64,000 bases of DNA from assembly GCA_964187785.1 (NCBI GenBank), contig OZ076419.1, positions 44,640,001-44,704,000 of the forward strand. The letters run 5' to 3'. Below the pieces are notes generated by a model. That model made no database searches, was not told the origin of the DNA, and saw only the letters and a program-made list of their open reading frames with translations. Source of the stretch: Amphiscolops sp. MND2022 (Eukaryota). The translations under genes and the position numbers were made by a program. This document shows positions 61,285-64,000 of this stretch, in pieces (position 1 is the stretch's first letter; the number at the start of each line of letters is the position of its first letter).

Positions 61285-63838
61285 TGTTTTATTCGGTTCA
61301 CTCCGGTTCATGTCCTTGCAGAGATTCGGTTCATAAACTACAAACTTTCATTTACATGATTTATATGTCTAGAGTACATGCTAGTGTTGACAAATAGTTT
61401 CAATCCTAATACTAAATTAGATACATCATTACAATAGATTCAACAGTACATCAGCACGGACACTAGTAAAACAAAGAATCTCTTTTAGTAACCTTTCATT
61501 CTTTGTATCTGAGTTTACTAGAATAGAACATGGCGCAGTCAGCCAACTTTTAGAACAAATTGAAACCTTCTTAACAAACCGAAACTATGGCAGAAAAGAA
61601 CATGGTACCAAACCTCGAAACCAAATCCACAGACGGAATTCCGGTATTCACACCGAGACAATGGGTAGAAAAATTCAAACAATTCACAAAACGGGAACAT
61701 AAAATCGACATCACACCTCTACTTAAGGGAGAAGACATTACTGATTCCGGTTGGGCCGGAAAAGAACAAGCTATACAAGAAGATTTCGTCTGCGGTGTGG
61801 AACCGGAAGCACTCTTCCAAATAACCCGAGCAGAATACAAGACAAATCCGGACAGTATAAAAATCGAAGACATTCCGGTTATACACCGAATACTATTTAC
61901 CGAAACGAAACACTTACCACAACCGAGGAGATTTCTTCTGGGCGAAACAATCAGAAGAAGAAAACCGGAAGAATACATTTCGGTCACTCCGGCATCACGA
62001 AAATGACGTCCCAAGCCAAAATATTCTGGTGGCTGAACATGAGACAGGATATTGAAACAAAAGTGAAAGACTGTACAGCATGCCTAGCATCAGGTAAAAA
62101 CCTTAAATATAATTTACCGAAAAACCATTACGGGAAATTAGAAAAATTATCCGAACGACAAGAAATACAAATTGATTTTACCGGAAAATTACACAATAAA
62201 AAAACGAACAGAGAAGTTCAAACACTTATAGATAGATTTAGCAAGTGGCCGGCCGCGAAAAATTGCAAAACGTCGGAGTCAAAAGAAGTAATAAATTTTC
62301 CATTCAGTAACTTTAATTTGTGGGGATTACCAGAAAAGATAAAATCCGATGCAGGGGAGCATTCATTTCCAAAGAATACCGACAATTGTGTGAAAGCCGA
62401 AATATAGAAATAGAAGAATGTACACCCGCAATGCATACCGGAAACGGAGTAGTGGAGAGAGCAATCCAAACAATTAAAAATCTAATAATAGCAAATATGG
62501 AGGACGGAATTTGCCTAACCGAAAGCGTAATTCGGGCGCTACGGGTAATGCGTTTCACAAAACATACGGGATTAAAAATAACACCGTTTGGACTACATCA
62601 TGGACGAAAACCAAGAACCGAGTTAACGAATATCGTTATTGACTGTTAAACATTTGTCTAATTGGTCGGAAATGACTGTTTCAGCACCGATTAGACCAAA
62701 AATTTCAATATATGTGGGCTGCAATGCGAAAGGCGAGATAACCAATCACATCATAAAGGCGAAGACAAAGAACGAAAAGAAACAGATGAGCGAAAACACA
62801 AAACTACCGAATAAAAAAATTCGGTTAGATATCCCTTTTCATTTTTTCAAAAGAACCATAATAAAAAGTCTGTAGATGGGAAGTTTCAAAATAAAATTCA
62901 AACCGCAAAAAGTGGAACCGAAAGTACTGTAAAATCGGATACCGGAAAAATCATCAACCGAAAATTTATTTCGGAACCATTATTCCAGACCGAAAGAAAA
63001 GCACGAAAAGAACCGGCCATCAACACCAACGGTGAAATAAATCCGAAAAACAAACATTGTCTCCGAAGTCTTGATGGCAAATACGGCAGATGCGACCAAA
63101 GATTCCGTGACATTTTAAACGAAAGTTGAAGATCATTCAAAATCGAAAGCCAACGGGAAGCGATACAGAAAAAGAAAACGAAGATGATGATGATGAAGAG
63201 ATGCCGGAGGAAACTGGGACACCGAAAGTGTATGATACTTCAGAACGGGACGGACGATATGCGCCAATCCGAACAAACCCGGAAGAGGATGCCATACAGC
63301 TACACACCGACGTTGAGATATCGGATGAGAACTCAGAAACAAATATAGGACGGTCAAGCCGAGATAGCGAAACACCGAATAGATAAGGTACAATACCATA
63401 ACTGGAAACTTTTGGTGTTAAAAATAGAATGATTTAAAAAGCAATGCATTTGTTACAGGAAACCTGTGGACCCGAAAAAAGGAATACCACAGCCGGTGAG
63501 AATCCAAACGCCTGCAGACTTTCTGCCAGAAGAAAGAATGCCCCCAGGACCCTCGAACCAAAATTGAGAAAGAGAAAAGAAACAGGGAAAATGTTATATT
63601 CGGTTCACTTCGGTTCATAACCTTGCCGAGATTCGGTTCACAAACGACAACCTTTCATACACATTATTAATATGTCTAGAGTACAAGCTAGTGGTGACAA
63701 ATAGATTCAATATTAATACTGAGTTAGATACATCTTTACAAGAGATTTGTATCTACAAATCGGACACAGTATAAAAGAGAATATCTTTCAGTAACCTTTC
63801 TTTTCATAGTATCTGAGTTTGCCAGAGTGGAACCCTCA
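61285..63838 (+). mobile_element. Gypsy-type LTR element, internally deleted (gag fragment joined to integrase; no PR/RT/RH), degenerate
   Basis: Related LTRs 61285-61530 and 63592-63838; PBS-like TGGCGCAGTC at 61531; PPT ~63566-63591. Integrase motifs H..GHSG..WW..M..DI..KVKDCTAC, QIDFTG, IDRFSKW, IKSD, GNGVVERAIQTIK. Confidence 0.88.
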
Positions 63839-64000
63839 TTAATGTAAACCCAACAAAAACCTGTTATCTTTTTGAACTTTCACAACAAGCAATTCAAAAG
63901 TAGTTATAATCAGATTCGCAATGCCCTTTGCCATCAAAACCTTTTTTCCTATATATCCGTATCAACAATTTCCAATTCAAGTACAACATCTTCAAGTTTT

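Noticed and set aside
133-63618. Numerous 60-140-aa ORFs antisense to or overlapping the called genes and retroelements
   Set aside because: Explained as shadow or off-frame ORFs; no independent motifs.

Overview
Eukaryotic, AT-rich genomic DNA with spliceosomal introns and LTR retrotransposons; an invertebrate animal is likely but this is inference. Bases 1-41.5 kb are two near-identical copies of one >=20-kb unit (offset 23,056 falling to 23,052 bp), separated by a 200-N gap. By reading GT/AG sites and frames by hand, the unit resolves into four spliced genes. (i) A ~1037-aa RAG1/Transib-type DDE transposase with a C-terminal BRCT domain. (ii) A zinc-finger + JmjC (KDM2/KDM7-type) demethylase-like gene. 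(iii) A gene fusing a Q/H-rich region, a degenerate tyrosine-recombinase-like domain and a SETD8-like SET domain. (iv) A divergently transcribed ~442-aa orphan. The unit ends in a CATTACGATAC... inverted-repeat terminus with subterminal repeats, so it looks like a giant DNA transposon carrying its own histone writer and eraser. Its left end is not visible. Copy 1 has an internal 2,954-bp tandem duplication. Copy 2 has a transposase frameshift and a nonsense codon in the orphan. The remainder holds three paralogous 50-61-aa MCxC/transmembrane small ORFs, nested degenerate BEL/Pao elements (45.4-54.4 kb), MITE-like and tRNA-derived elements, and a gag-integrase Gypsy deletion derivative (61.3-63.8 kb). 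All domain calls come from motif recognition by eye; no searches were run.
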